Positions 32,164 through 41,535 are shown, counted from the stretch's first letter. The stretch is DNA of 64,000 bases from an uncultured Dictyoglomota bacterium (GCA_964654465.1 CAZZIO010000065.1:64001-128000), one strand, 5' to 3'. Made by a program: numbers and translations. Notes: generated by a model not told the origin, from the letters alone.

Positions 32164-33176
32164 TGAAAGAGCTAATTAAAAAACTTACTACCACCCCTTC
32201 TCCCAGTGGAAGGGAAGAAAAGATAAAACAGACCATATTAGAAGAATTACAAGGATATATAGATGGATATAAAATAGACAAATTAGGAAATCTTATTGTA
32301 TGGAAAAAGGGTAAAAAAGAAGGAAAAATTCTTTTAGATGCTCATATGGATGAAATAGGGGTTTTAGCTACTTATATAGATGACAAGGGATTTATAAGAA
32401 TCGAGCCTATAGGGGGTGTATCTCCTTATAACCTCTTGGGAAGCAGTATTCTATTTCCAGAGATTGAAGGATTTGTAGGAGTAGAAGGAGAAACTTCAGA
32501 GGAGATGGCTAAAAATATTAAAAACCTTGATTTTGATAAGATATTTGTAGATATTGGAGCAAATAGTAAAGAGGAAGCTGAAAGTTTGGTTCCTCCTGGC
32601 ACTTTTGGAGTTTATTCTTCATCTTTTAGAGACCTTGGAAATCGTGTAGTTTCAAAAGCTATGGATGATCGAGTTGGTTGTGCTATTATTATTGAAGTAT
32701 TTAGGAGATCAACTCCCATTTATGATTTGTATGGAAGTTTTTCAGTACAAGAAGAAGTCGGCCTTGTAGGTGCAAGTGTCGTAGCTTTTGATATACAACC
32801 AGATGTAGCCATAGCTGTAGATGTAACAGCTCATTCTGATACCCCAAAAGGATTAAAAAGAATATCTTTAGAACTTGGCAAAGGCCCTGCAATAAAGATA
32901 AAAGATAGTGCATCCATAAGTGATAGAAGAATTGTAGAAAAATTAAGGTGTTTAGCAGAAAAAAATCAAATACCTTACCAAATTGAAATACTCCTAAGAG
33001 GGGGTACAAATGCTGCTGTCCTTCAAAGAACAAGAGCAGGAATTATAGCAGGAACACTATCTATTCCAACAAGATATGTCCACTCTCCTCACGAAATGAT
33101 AGATATAAGAGATGTAGAAAATGCTGTAAGATTATTTAAAATCTTTGTAGAATCAGAGGATTCTATAAAATTATAA
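32163..33176 (+). CDS. M42 (TET) aminopeptidase, paralog 3
   Basis: AHMDE, AMDDR, QEEVG, GGTNA and RYVHS motifs. Confidence 0.9.
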   Translation: MKELIKKLTTTPSPSGREEKIKQTILEELQGYIDGYKIDKLGNLIVWKKGKKEGKILLDAHMDEIGVLATYIDDKGFIRIEPIGGVSPYNLLGSSILFPEIEGFVGVEGETSEEMAKNIKNLDFDKIFVDIGANSKEEAESLVPPGTFGVYSSSFRDLGNRVVSKAMDDRVGCAIIIEVFRRSTPIYDLYGSFSVQEEVGLVGASVVAFDIQPDVAIAVDVTAHSDTPKGLKRISLELGKGPAIKIKDSASISDRRIVEKLRCLAEKNQIPYQIEILLRGGTNAAVLQRTRAGIIAGTLSIPTRYVHSPHEMIDIRDVENAVRLFKIFVESEDSIKL

Positions 33177-33182
33177 AATAAT

Positions 33183-33215
33183 GGGGAGGAATAGAGGTAT
33201 ATTTCCTCCCCTTTT
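33183..33215 (+). terminator. Terminator after the M42 cluster
   Basis: GGGGAGGAA...TTCCTCCCC followed by TTTT. Confidence 0.7.
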
Positions 33216-33222
33216 ATTACTA

Positions 33223-33251
33223 TTAACAAGATTAAAAATTATGCTTAAAAT
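33223..33251 (+). promoter_or_regulatory. Promoter of the XRE gene, probably leaderless
   Basis: TTAACA-17 nt-TAAAAT, ATG 6 nt later, no SD. Confidence 0.55.
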
Positions 33252-33257
33252 ATTATC

Positions 33258-33575
33258 ATGAATGTGGGGAAGAGGATTAGAGAATTAAGAAAAAAGAAAA
33301 ATTTCAAATTAGAAGACTTGGCTCAAAAAACAGGTCTCTCTCTATCTTATATATCCTTAGTAGAACGAGGCTTAAAAAATCCATCATTAAAAGCTTTAGA
33401 AAAAATAGCAAAAGCTTTTAATGTGCCTACTTCTTATCTATTTTCAGGTGAAACTGAAGAAACCTTAGAAACTTTTCTCAGAGCTAACACCTCATTGGAT
33501 GAAGAAGAAAGAAAAATGATAATTCAGTTAATAAAGTCATTAGAGAGTAGGAAAAATGTACGAGGATCTGACTAA
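33258..33575 (+). CDS. XRE-family HTH regulator
   Basis: RIRELRKKK..LEDLAQKTGLSLSYISLVERG..NPS motif. Confidence 0.92.
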   Translation: MNVGKRIRELRKKKNFKLEDLAQKTGLSLSYISLVERGLKNPSLKALEKIAKAFNVPTSYLFSGETEETLETFLRANTSLDEEERKMIIQLIKSLESRKNVRGSD

Positions 33576-33984
33576 AGAGATTTTAAGTTACTTCTTTATA
33601 AAGAAGCCACCTGTAAAACCTGACGTAATTGCTTATGGTTTAGGTTTTAATATAACATTCACCAAAGTCCCAACTCATAAAATATCTGGAATAATTTACA
33701 ATAAAGAAATATTAATAAATTCATCAGATCCAATAGTAAGACAAAGATTTTCCTTAGCTCATGAGTTAGGACATTATTTCCTACATGATCAATCATCCAC
33801 CATTTATAAATTTGATAAAGAATATATAAGAAAAGAACAAGAAGCAGATTTATTTGCTGCATCTCTTTTAATGCCCATATTTATGTTAGAGAATTATTTA
33901 TATCTCCCGTTAGAGAAGATAGCCAAGATATTTCTTGTATCCAAAAAAGCAGTAGAATTAAGATTAAAAGTTATAACAATCTAA
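33556..33984 (+). CDS. ImmA/IrrE-family metallopeptidase
   Basis: RQRFSLAHELGH, EQEADLFAASLLMP and C-terminal HTH 'IAKIFLVS..AVELRL'. Confidence 0.9.
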   Translation: MYEDLTKEILSYFFIKKPPVKPDVIAYGLGFNITFTKVPTHKISGIIYNKEILINSSDPIVRQRFSLAHELGHYFLHDQSSTIYKFDKEYIRKEQEADLFAASLLMPIFMLENYLYLPLEKIAKIFLVSKKAVELRLKVITI

Positions 33985-34029
33985 TATAATCCTTATTTTC
34001 CAATGATTTAAAACTTCTTTAAAGATATC

Positions 34030-34116
34030 TTGACAAATTTAACATTATTTTAATATACTATTTTCGTTATTAACACGTGTAAAGTTTATTTTTTTTAAGA
34101 TAATTAACACGTGTTA
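34030..34116 (+). promoter_or_regulatory. Starch-locus promoter with two palindromic operators
   Basis: TTGACA(34030)-18 nt-TATACT(34054); TAACACGTGTAA at 34071-34082 and TAACACGTGTTA at 34105-34116. Confidence 0.75.
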
Positions 34117-34207
34117 TAAGGAGGTGATTAGAAAATTACAATAAATAATATTCCAAACTTTTCCATCAATGATTTTAAATATTAAAACAAGAAGGGGGAA
34201 TAGAACT

Positions 34208-35657
34208 ATGAAAAGGTTTTTATTGTTTGGATTACTTGTTGTGTTATTTATATATTCGTTTTCTTATGCTCAAGAAGTCACCTTCTATGGATATAGCGAA
34301 ATAGGAGTCCATAGCGAATTTCTTAAAGACTCAAATGGAAATTATTCTAATACCTTAGGTCCTGTAAACCTTGATTATTGGAATACATACTTTAAAGTAA
34401 AAGCAGAACCATCGAGTTTTCTCGAAAGCTATTTTGAACTCAAAATGTATCCAAATTTCAGTAATTTATTTGATCCAGGAATAATTGAAGTACAAAAAGC
34501 CCATTTAACTGCAAAAAGTTCTTTGCTAAATCTTAGAGTTTATTATAAGGAAGACGCAACTCCCTTTGGTGATCCCCTACTTTTAAATAAACCTGGAGAT
34601 CTACCTGGATCTTCCTGGATATGGGGGAATGGATTTGAATTAATAGGAAAACTTTTTAATACAAATATCTTAGCTGGTATCAATTCTTCTGATCAAATTT
34701 CTTATTTAAGATTAAAAAGAAGCTTTGCTCCCCTTCTTATTGGTTTCACAGCAATGGGAACAAATTGGGGAGAAGCTAATAAAGGAAAGAGTCTGTTTGG
34801 TGTTGATGTTACTGGAAAAATCGGACCTGTAGATCTTAAAGCTGAAGGAATATATGGAAAATGTGTATGGGGACCTAACCCTACTGATTCAGAAGGTGGT
34901 TTTGTCTTCTTTGCTGACTTTTCTTCTCAAATTAATTCTATGATAAGAGTATATGGAACAGCTAAAAAAGTGGATTTTGGATATATTAATCAATTTGATT
35001 GGTTCAAAACAGATCAAACCCAATTAATTCCAGGAACAAGCAAATCAGCAGGTACCTATCTAAAACTTGGAGCATTTTTTACACCCCTTTCAAATCTTTC
35101 CATTGAACCTATAGTTGAGTTAACAAGTAGAGAGGATATAACAGAAAAAACAACAAAATTAACGGGTATTGTTACTTATAATCCTACAAAACAAATTTCC
35201 TTAAAAGGTACCCTTGTAAATAGCACTGTTAACAATACAAATTCCACCAGCATAACAGGTGAAGTAACAGTCACTCCTTCTTCTATACTTACTGTTTATG
35301 GAAAAGTTTACTATCCTTTAAATAGTAAATCATCAATTAAATAGTAAATTATCAATATATGGAAACACAACCATTACTCCTCTTACAGACCTTACTTTCT
35401 ATGGTGCACTATCATCTGATCTTAATTCCAATACTACCTGGATATATATTAAACCAAGTTATAAATTATCTAAAGATGTAACCTTAACAGGTATTTATCA
35501 ATATAAAAAGATAGGAGAAACAGAAACCCATACTACATATTATATAAGCTTAAGTTTTAACAATGCCACATTATATTTTGGAAACGCTCCATCAGAAGAA
35601 GGAGCAACCAGTGATTTTGTAAAACAAATTGGAGCTAAAATTTCCTTTGATTTCTAA
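34208..35657 (+). pseudogene. Outer-membrane beta-barrel (putative maltodextrin porin), frameshifted by a 19-bp duplication
   Basis: Signal peptide, alternating beta-strand pattern; reading frame continues after the duplication to ...QIGAKISFDF-TAA. Confidence 0.72.
35318..35355 (+). repeat. 19-bp tandem duplication
   Basis: TTAAATAGTAAATCATCAA followed by TTAAATAGTAAATTATCAA (1 mismatch). Confidence 0.92.
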
Positions 35658-35671
35658 AAGAGAAAACAAAA

Positions 35672-35696
35672 AGGTGGGGAGTTAAACTCCCCACCT
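35672..35696 (+). terminator. Intergenic hairpin after the beta-barrel gene
   Basis: AGGTGGGGAG-TTAAA-CTCCCCACCT. Confidence 0.65.
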
Positions 35697-35713
35697 ATAA
35701 AGGAGGTATAAAA

Positions 35714-36517
35714 ATGAAAAGATATCTTATTTTAGTATTCTTAATTCTTCTTTCCTCTACTCTTTTTGCTGAATCTGTAAAATATCCATTAGTTTTTAAT
35801 GACCCTGTAAATGATGATAAAGGACCTGGAACATACGTATACCCAACAGATGCTGTCTTTAAACCTGGAAGCTTTGATTTAACAAAAGTAGTAATTGATG
35901 CTGACAATGAAAATGTATACTTTAAAATTTCTTTTAGAGTTCCCATAGAAAACCCATGGGGAAGCCCTCTTGGCCTTTCCATTCAAACTATACATATTTA
36001 TATTGATAAAGATGGAAAAGAAAATTCAGGTTTTAGAGATTTTATACCAGGAGTAAGGGCTCAAACCACTCTAAATAGTGCTTGGGATATGGCTATATTG
36101 GTAGAAGGTTGGCCTACCGAACTAAAGGCTTCTGTAAAGTCTGCAGTACCTGAAATGTATAAATACTGCATATTCCCTGCAAAGGGTGTAAGTGTGGAAG
36201 GAAATACCATTATAATTCCTGTACCTAAAAAGAGTTTAGGAGGAGATTTTGTGAAAGGCTGGGGCTTCCAAGTTTTTATCCTTGGACAAGAAGGTTTTCC
36301 AACACAAGATCCTGTATCATGCAGAATTAGAGAAGTACTATCTTCTCCACAACAATGGAGATTTGGTGGTGGCGATGATTTCTATGGAGATCCCAATATT
36401 ATTGATTTATTAGATTATGAAGGAATAAATCAATATGAAGTATTAAGCAAATACAAAAGTGATGCTAAATACGAGAAGAATGTATATGCACAAATTCCCT
36501 TCATATACGTGAAATAA
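35714..36517 (+). CDS. Secreted standalone glucodextranase DOMON-like domain protein
   Basis: Signal peptide; DPVNDDKGPGTYVYPT, FDL, NPWGSP.G.S.Q and WRFGGG motifs. Confidence 0.82.
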   Translation: MKRYLILVFLILLSSTLFAESVKYPLVFNDPVNDDKGPGTYVYPTDAVFKPGSFDLTKVVIDADNENVYFKISFRVPIENPWGSPLGLSIQTIHIYIDKDGKENSGFRDFIPGVRAQTTLNSAWDMAILVEGWPTELKASVKSAVPEMYKYCIFPAKGVSVEGNTIIIPVPKKSLGGDFVKGWGFQVFILGQEGFPTQDPVSCRIREVLSSPQQWRFGGGDDFYGDPNIIDLLDYEGINQYEVLSKYKSDAKYEKNVYAQIPFIYVK

Positions 36518-36535
36518 TTAGGAGGGAGATTGTAT

Positions 36536-39500
36536 ATGAGAAAACTTTACTTAATCTTTTTGTGTTTGATACTTTTTATCAGTATAGGATTCTCGGAAAA
36601 TATAACACAAATACCAGTAAACCCATATATCTCTAATGTAAAAAAAGTAGAAAAACCTTTATATTTAGCTATAATATGGCACAATCATCAACCTTTATAT
36701 TATGATCCAATTGAGAATTTAAATATAATGCCATGGGTCAGAATGCATGCAATAAAAGATTACTATGATATGGCATATATACTAAAAAACTATCCTCAGA
36801 TTAAAGCTAATTTTAATATGGTCCCCTCCCTCATATATCAATTAGATCTCTATGCCAATAAAGGATTAAAAGACAAATACTTAATTCTAACAGAGAAACC
36901 AGCTGATGAACTAACCCCAGAAGATAAAGACTTTATTTTAAGAAGATTTTTTGATGTAAACTGGGATAGAATAATAAAAAAATTCCCAAGATACTGGGAA
37001 CTCCTAAATAAAAGAGGACAGTCGATAGATGATAATGTCATTTCAAAAGCAATCCAGAACTTTACAGTTCAAGATTTTAGAGATCTTCAAGTTTGGTTTA
37101 ATTTGGCATGGTTTGATCCTGACTTTCAAACTTACGATAAAGATTTATCCAGATTAATACAAAAAGGAAAAGACTTTTCAGAAGAAGACAAAAAAATAGT
37201 AATTAATAAGCAGTACCAAATAATGTCAGAGATCATGAGATTATATTCAGAATTGCAAAAAAACAAACAGATAGAAGTTGCCACTACACCTTTCTTTCAT
37301 CCTATAATGCCTCTACTATATAACATTAAATCTGCCAAAGAAGCAGTACAAGATATAAAGATACCAGACTTAAATATCAGCTATCCAGAAGATGTAGATG
37401 CTCAATTAAAAATGGCAGTAAATTACTATAAGAAATATTTTAAAGACAGCCCAAAAGGTTTATGGCCCTCTGAAGGCTCTGTAAGTCAAGAGATCATTTT
37501 TTCTGTAGTCAATAATGGCTTTCAATGGATGGCAAGTGATGAAGATGTTTTAGCAAAATCCTTAGGTGTTCCTATTACAAGAGATTCTAAAGGTAATGTT
37601 ACAAATCCAGATGTTCTTTATAAACCATATATTGTAGAAGAACAAGGTAAAAAACTATATATGGTATTCAGAGATAAAAATTTATCAGACAAAATTGGAT
37701 TTGTCTATAGCGGAATGAAAGGAGCTAATGCAGCAAAAGACTTTGTAAATTATTTAGAGAATATTTATGAAAGGACAAAAGATACAAAAGACCCATACTT
37801 GGTAACAGTAATCTTGGATGGAGAAAATTGTTGGGAATATTACGAAAATGACGGAAAAGAGTTTTTAAATTCACTATATAAATTATTATCTGATAACCCT
37901 TATATTGAGACTGTAAGAATATCAGATTTTTTAGACAAATTCCCACCTAAAGCTAAAATCAACAGATTACATGCTGGATCTTGGATTGATGGTACTTTTC
38001 TAACTTGGATAGGAGAAAATGAAGAAAACAAAGCATGGGAACTATTAGACAAAACAAGAACAAACTTAATATATGAGACAGTCAAACAAAAAAAGAAAAT
38101 ATCACCAGTACTAAATCCAGTTAATTTAAAATCAGATTTAGAAAAAGCATGGTTTGAATTATATGCAGCAGAAGGAAGTGATTGGTTCTGGTGGTATGGA
38201 GATGATCAGGATTCCACTAATGATATTGCTTTCGATGAGTTATTTAGAAAACATTTGATAAACATATACAAACTAATTAAAAAAGAAATCCCACCAGACT
38301 TACACTTACCTATAGTAAAGATAGGAGAAGAAAAACCTATTCAAAGTCTACAAAGAAAATTTACCCCCAAAATTGATGGAAAAATATATCCTCAAGATGA
38401 ATGGAAAGATTCCGCTATATACAATGTAAAAATTGGAACAGGTACATTCGCAAAACCAGGTAAATTCTTAGAAAGGTTATACTTAGGCTTAGATAACGAT
38501 GCTCTCTATTTCTTGATTGAAAGTAAAGAAACTCTAAAAAACCTGCTTAGAAAACCTTATTATTTAGCTATTTACTTTTCTAACCCATACCTAAAAGAAA
38601 TAAATGTTTATCCAAGAAATTCAGATAAAAGCTTAGGATATGGTATAGGTTATGAAATATTAATAGATTTATCACAAATAAAAGATCTTGGAGAAATAGA
38701 AGTACCTCTAAATCAAGCCTTAGGCAATAATCAATGGAAAGAAATATCAAAAATAAAAGGAGGAATATCTGAGAAATATGTGGAAATAGGAATACCATTC
38801 AAATCCATGAAATTACAAGGCAGAGATCAAATTGCAATCAATGTGATCTTTGGCTCAGACAAACCTGAAGATATAGTCCCTTACTATATACCCATTTATG
38901 TAACAGTACCAGAAGCAAAATTAGACATAGTTTATTTCTCCATTGATGACCCACAGGGAGATGACTACGGTTGGGGAAGCATAGTTTATCCTACTGCTCC
39001 AGTATTTAAATCTGGAGTCTTTGACATAATTCATGTTGAAATGGGAAAAAGTAAAGAAGATATAGTATTCAGGATAAAAATTAGAGGGGATCTTGAAAAT
39101 CCATGGGGTTCACCTACAGGGATTTCTGTACAAACAATTGACATTTATATTAACGATGGAAAAGAAGGTCCATACTATTATAAAGCATTACCTGGAAGGC
39201 AAGCTAATATACCTGAAGGATGGAATAAAGCAATATGGGCTGAAGGCTGGATACAGGAATTGATAATTCCTGTCTTAAACGAAAAAGGGAAGGTAGACTT
39301 AAAGGAAATTAAAGGAGTAGTACAAGTTACAGCAGATCCAACCGAAAGAACTATAATAATTTCAATACCAGAAAAATACTTGGGTACTGTAGATCCAAAT
39401 TGGAAAATACTTATAATAATGTGCGGCCAGGAGGGATATCCAAGACCAGGAAATTGGAGAGTAAGAGAGGTTGAAGAAACAGCAAAACAATGGAGATTTG

Positions 39501-39664
39501 GTGGTGGTGACGACTTCTACGGAGATCCAAATATTATAGATATGATTGTTCCTCCTGGAATAAAACAAGAAGACATATTGTCTAAATGGAAAAGTAGTGA
39601 TGAAGAAGAAAACGTATATGTAGATCTACCTTTGATCCCCCTTAGGGTTTTAATGACTCAATAA
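36536..39664 (+). CDS. Secreted GH57 amylopullulanase with C-terminal DOMON-like domain
   Basis: WHNHQP, WPSE nucleophile, ILDGEN, AEGSDWFWW GH57 conserved regions; signal peptide. Confidence 0.92.
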   Translation: MRKLYLIFLCLILFISIGFSENITQIPVNPYISNVKKVEKPLYLAIIWHNHQPLYYDPIENLNIMPWVRMHAIKDYYDMAYILKNYPQIKANFNMVPSLIYQLDLYANKGLKDKYLILTEKPADELTPEDKDFILRRFFDVNWDRIIKKFPRYWELLNKRGQSIDDNVISKAIQNFTVQDFRDLQVWFNLAWFDPDFQTYDKDLSRLIQKGKDFSEEDKKIVINKQYQIMSEIMRLYSELQKNKQIEVATTPFFHPIMPLLYNIKSAKEAVQDIKIPDLNISYPEDVDAQLKMAVNYYKKYFKDSPKGLWPSEGSVSQEIIFSVVNNGFQWMASDEDVLAKSLGVPITRDSKGNVTNPDVLYKPYIVEEQGKKLYMVFRDKNLSDKIGFVYSGMKGANAAKDFVNYLENIYERTKDTKDPYLVTVILDGENCWEYYENDGKEFLNSLYKLLSDNPYIETVRISDFLDKFPPKAKINRLHAGSWIDGTFLTWIGENEENKAWELLDKTRTNLIYETVKQKKKISPVLNPVNLKSDLEKAWFELYAAEGSDWFWWYGDDQDSTNDIAFDELFRKHLINIYKLIKKEIPPDLHLPIVKIGEEKPIQSLQRKFTPKIDGKIYPQDEWKDSAIYNVKIGTGTFAKPGKFLERLYLGLDNDALYFLIESKETLKNLLRKPYYLAIYFSNPYLKEINVYPRNSDKSLGYGIGYEILIDLSQIKDLGEIEVPLNQALGNNQWKEISKIKGGISEKYVEIGIPFKSMKLQGRDQIAINVIFGSDKPEDIVPYYIPIYVTVPEAKLDIVYFSIDDPQGDDYGWGSIVYPTAPVFKSGVFDIIHVEMGKSKEDIVFRIKIRGDLENPWGSPTGISVQTIDIYINDGKEGPYYYKALPGRQANIPEGWNKAIWAEGWIQELIIPVLNEKGKVDLKEIKGVVQVTADPTERTIIISIPEKYLGTVDPNWKILIIMCGQEGYPRPGNWRVREVEETAKQWRFGGGDDFYGDPNIIDMIVPPGIKQEDILSKWKSSDEEENVYVDLPLIPLRVLMTQ

Positions 39665-39667
39665 TAA

Positions 39668-39697
39668 AGAAGGAGGGGATATAAGGCCCCTCCTTCT
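39668..39697 (+). terminator. Terminator after the amylopullulanase gene
   Basis: AGAAGGAGGGG...CCCCTCCTTCT. Confidence 0.7.
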
Positions 39698-39762
39698 TGT
39701 TAATCTATCCTATTTTTACATCTTCACAAAAAAATCAATTAGATATAAAATTATTTTTTGTT

Positions 39763-41535
39763 ATGGTAGGCAAGCCTCTTTTTAGGCATATTAAAAAAAT
39801 ATTATTAAAACATAAATGGAAGTATATCTCAGGAGCGTTCTTTCTGCTTCTTACGGATATTTTCCAACTAATCTCCCCTAAACTTTTAGGATGGGGTGTA
39901 GATTATCTTAATAAGGGATCATTATCTTTGAGAAACCTATTTTTAATATTTTTAGCTTTAATTATTTTTGCAATACTTACAGCCTTTTTTAGATATCTTT
40001 GGAGGATGCAAATTATTGCTACTTCTCGTCATATAGAAGCTCAAATAAGAGAAAAATACTTTACCCATCTTCAAACTTTATCATTAAACTACTTTAACTA
40101 TCATAAAACTGGAGAGCTCATGGCTCTTGCTACCAACGATCTTGGAGCTGTAAGAGAGATGTTTGCTTTTGGTATCGTTATGCTCCTTGATACAATCTTT
40201 TTAGGTATTCTTTCTATTTTTTTCCTTATAAGCATAAGTCCCAAACTAACATTATACACAGCTATTCCTTTACCAATAATTACATCAACTATATCCATAT
40301 TTGGAAAAATAACTCACAAAAGATTTAAATTGGTACAAGAAAGCTTTGCTAATCTAACGGATAAAACTGAAGAAACTATAGCAGGTATAAGGGTTGTAAG
40401 AGCTTACGTACAGGAAGAAAAAGAATTAGAGAATTTTTTAGTAAAAGCAAGAGATTTATTAAATAAAAATATAAATCTTGTTAAAGCATGGGGATTTATG
40501 TTTCCTACTATAGAACTATTAGCTAATCTATCTATGCTTCTTGTATTCTTCTTTGGAGGGTTGGAAGTTATAAAAGGAAATATCACCCTTGGTGACTTTA
40601 TAGCCTTCAATTCCTATTTAGGCCTTTTGATATGGCCTATGAATGCCTTAGGATGGGTAATAAACAATTTCCAAAGAGGAAAAGCATCCTTAGAAAGAAT
40701 AAATGAAGTACTTGATGAAATACCTGAAATAAGAGAACCTAAAAATGCAATAAAAAAAGAAAGGTTAAATGGAGAAATTATATTTAAGAATGTATTCTTT
40801 AAATATCCGTCAAGTAAAAACTGGCAACTTGAGGATATAAATATAGAAATAAAACCTGGAAAATTCCTTGGTATCACAGGTCCAGTAGGTTCAGGGAAAA
40901 CCACCTTAGTAAGTCTCATATCAAGACTTTTTGATATACAAAAAGGAGAGATTCTAATAGATGATATTCCTATTAAAAATCTTTCTTTATATTTTCTCAG
41001 AAAAAACGTTGGATTTGTACCCCAAGATAGCTTCTTATTCTCAGATACTATTGCTAATAATATAAGATTTGGCAATCCTAATCTATCAGATAACGAGGTT
41101 AAAGAACTAATAAAAATCGTTGCATTAGAAGAAGATCTAAAAGATTTTCCAGACGGTATATATACAGTAGTAGGCGAAAGAGGTGTTACATTATCTGGAG
41201 GCCAAAAACAAAGAGTCGCAATTGCAAGAGCTTTAGCCATTAATCCCCCTATTTTAATCTTAGATGATGCTTTATCTGCTGTAGATGCTAATACAGAAAA
41301 ACAGATTTTAAGTAATCTATTGGAAATAAGGAAAGATAAAAGTCTTATAGTAATAGCCCAAAGGCTATCAGTTATTCAAGAGGCAGATGAAATAATAGTG
41401 TTAAAAGATGGAAGGATTACGGAAAGAGGAGATCACAATAAATTAATGAGACTTGGTGGATATTATGCTGAGCTTTATGAACAACAACAATTAGAATCTA
41501 AGTTGGAGAGGGAAATAGATGAATCAGTTTTATGA
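39763..41535 (+). CDS. Heterodimeric ABC exporter subunit 1 (TMD+NBD)
   Basis: GPVGSGKT, LSGGQKQR, degenerate LDDA and AQR motifs; ATG at 39763. Confidence 0.88.
   Translation: MVGKPLFRHIKKILLKHKWKYISGAFFLLLTDIFQLISPKLLGWGVDYLNKGSLSLRNLFLIFLALIIFAILTAFFRYLWRMQIIATSRHIEAQIREKYFTHLQTLSLNYFNYHKTGELMALATNDLGAVREMFAFGIVMLLDTIFLGILSIFFLISISPKLTLYTAIPLPIITSTISIFGKITHKRFKLVQESFANLTDKTEETIAGIRVVRAYVQEEKELENFLVKARDLLNKNINLVKAWGFMFPTIELLANLSMLLVFFFGGLEVIKGNITLGDFIAFNSYLGLLIWPMNALGWVINNFQRGKASLERINEVLDEIPEIREPKNAIKKERLNGEIIFKNVFFKYPSSKNWQLEDINIEIKPGKFLGITGPVGSGKTTLVSLISRLFDIQKGEILIDDIPIKNLSLYFLRKNVGFVPQDSFLFSDTIANNIRFGNPNLSDNEVKELIKIVALEEDLKDFPDGIYTVVGERGVTLSGGQKQRVAIARALAINPPILILDDALSAVDANTEKQILSNLLEIRKDKSLIVIAQRLSVIQEADEIIVLKDGRITERGDHNKLMRLGGYYAELYEQQQLESKLEREIDESVL

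Noticed and set aside
30134-33176. M42 genes as endoglucanases or cellulases
   Set aside because: This is a known misannotation of the family; the motifs are those of aminopeptidases
33258-33984. Prophage or ICE around the XRE/ImmA pair
   Set aside because: No integrase, att-like direct repeats, tRNA or phage genes nearby
35342-35344. Stop-codon readthrough (TAG) in the beta-barrel gene
   Set aside because: The TAG is followed by an in-frame TAA, and the continuation is in a different frame
40614-41240. 208-aa antisense ORF, and similar antisense ORFs such as 14877..15284, 51733..52167 and 56889..57293
   Set aside because: These are shadow frames opposite well-supported genes and have no recognisable motifs
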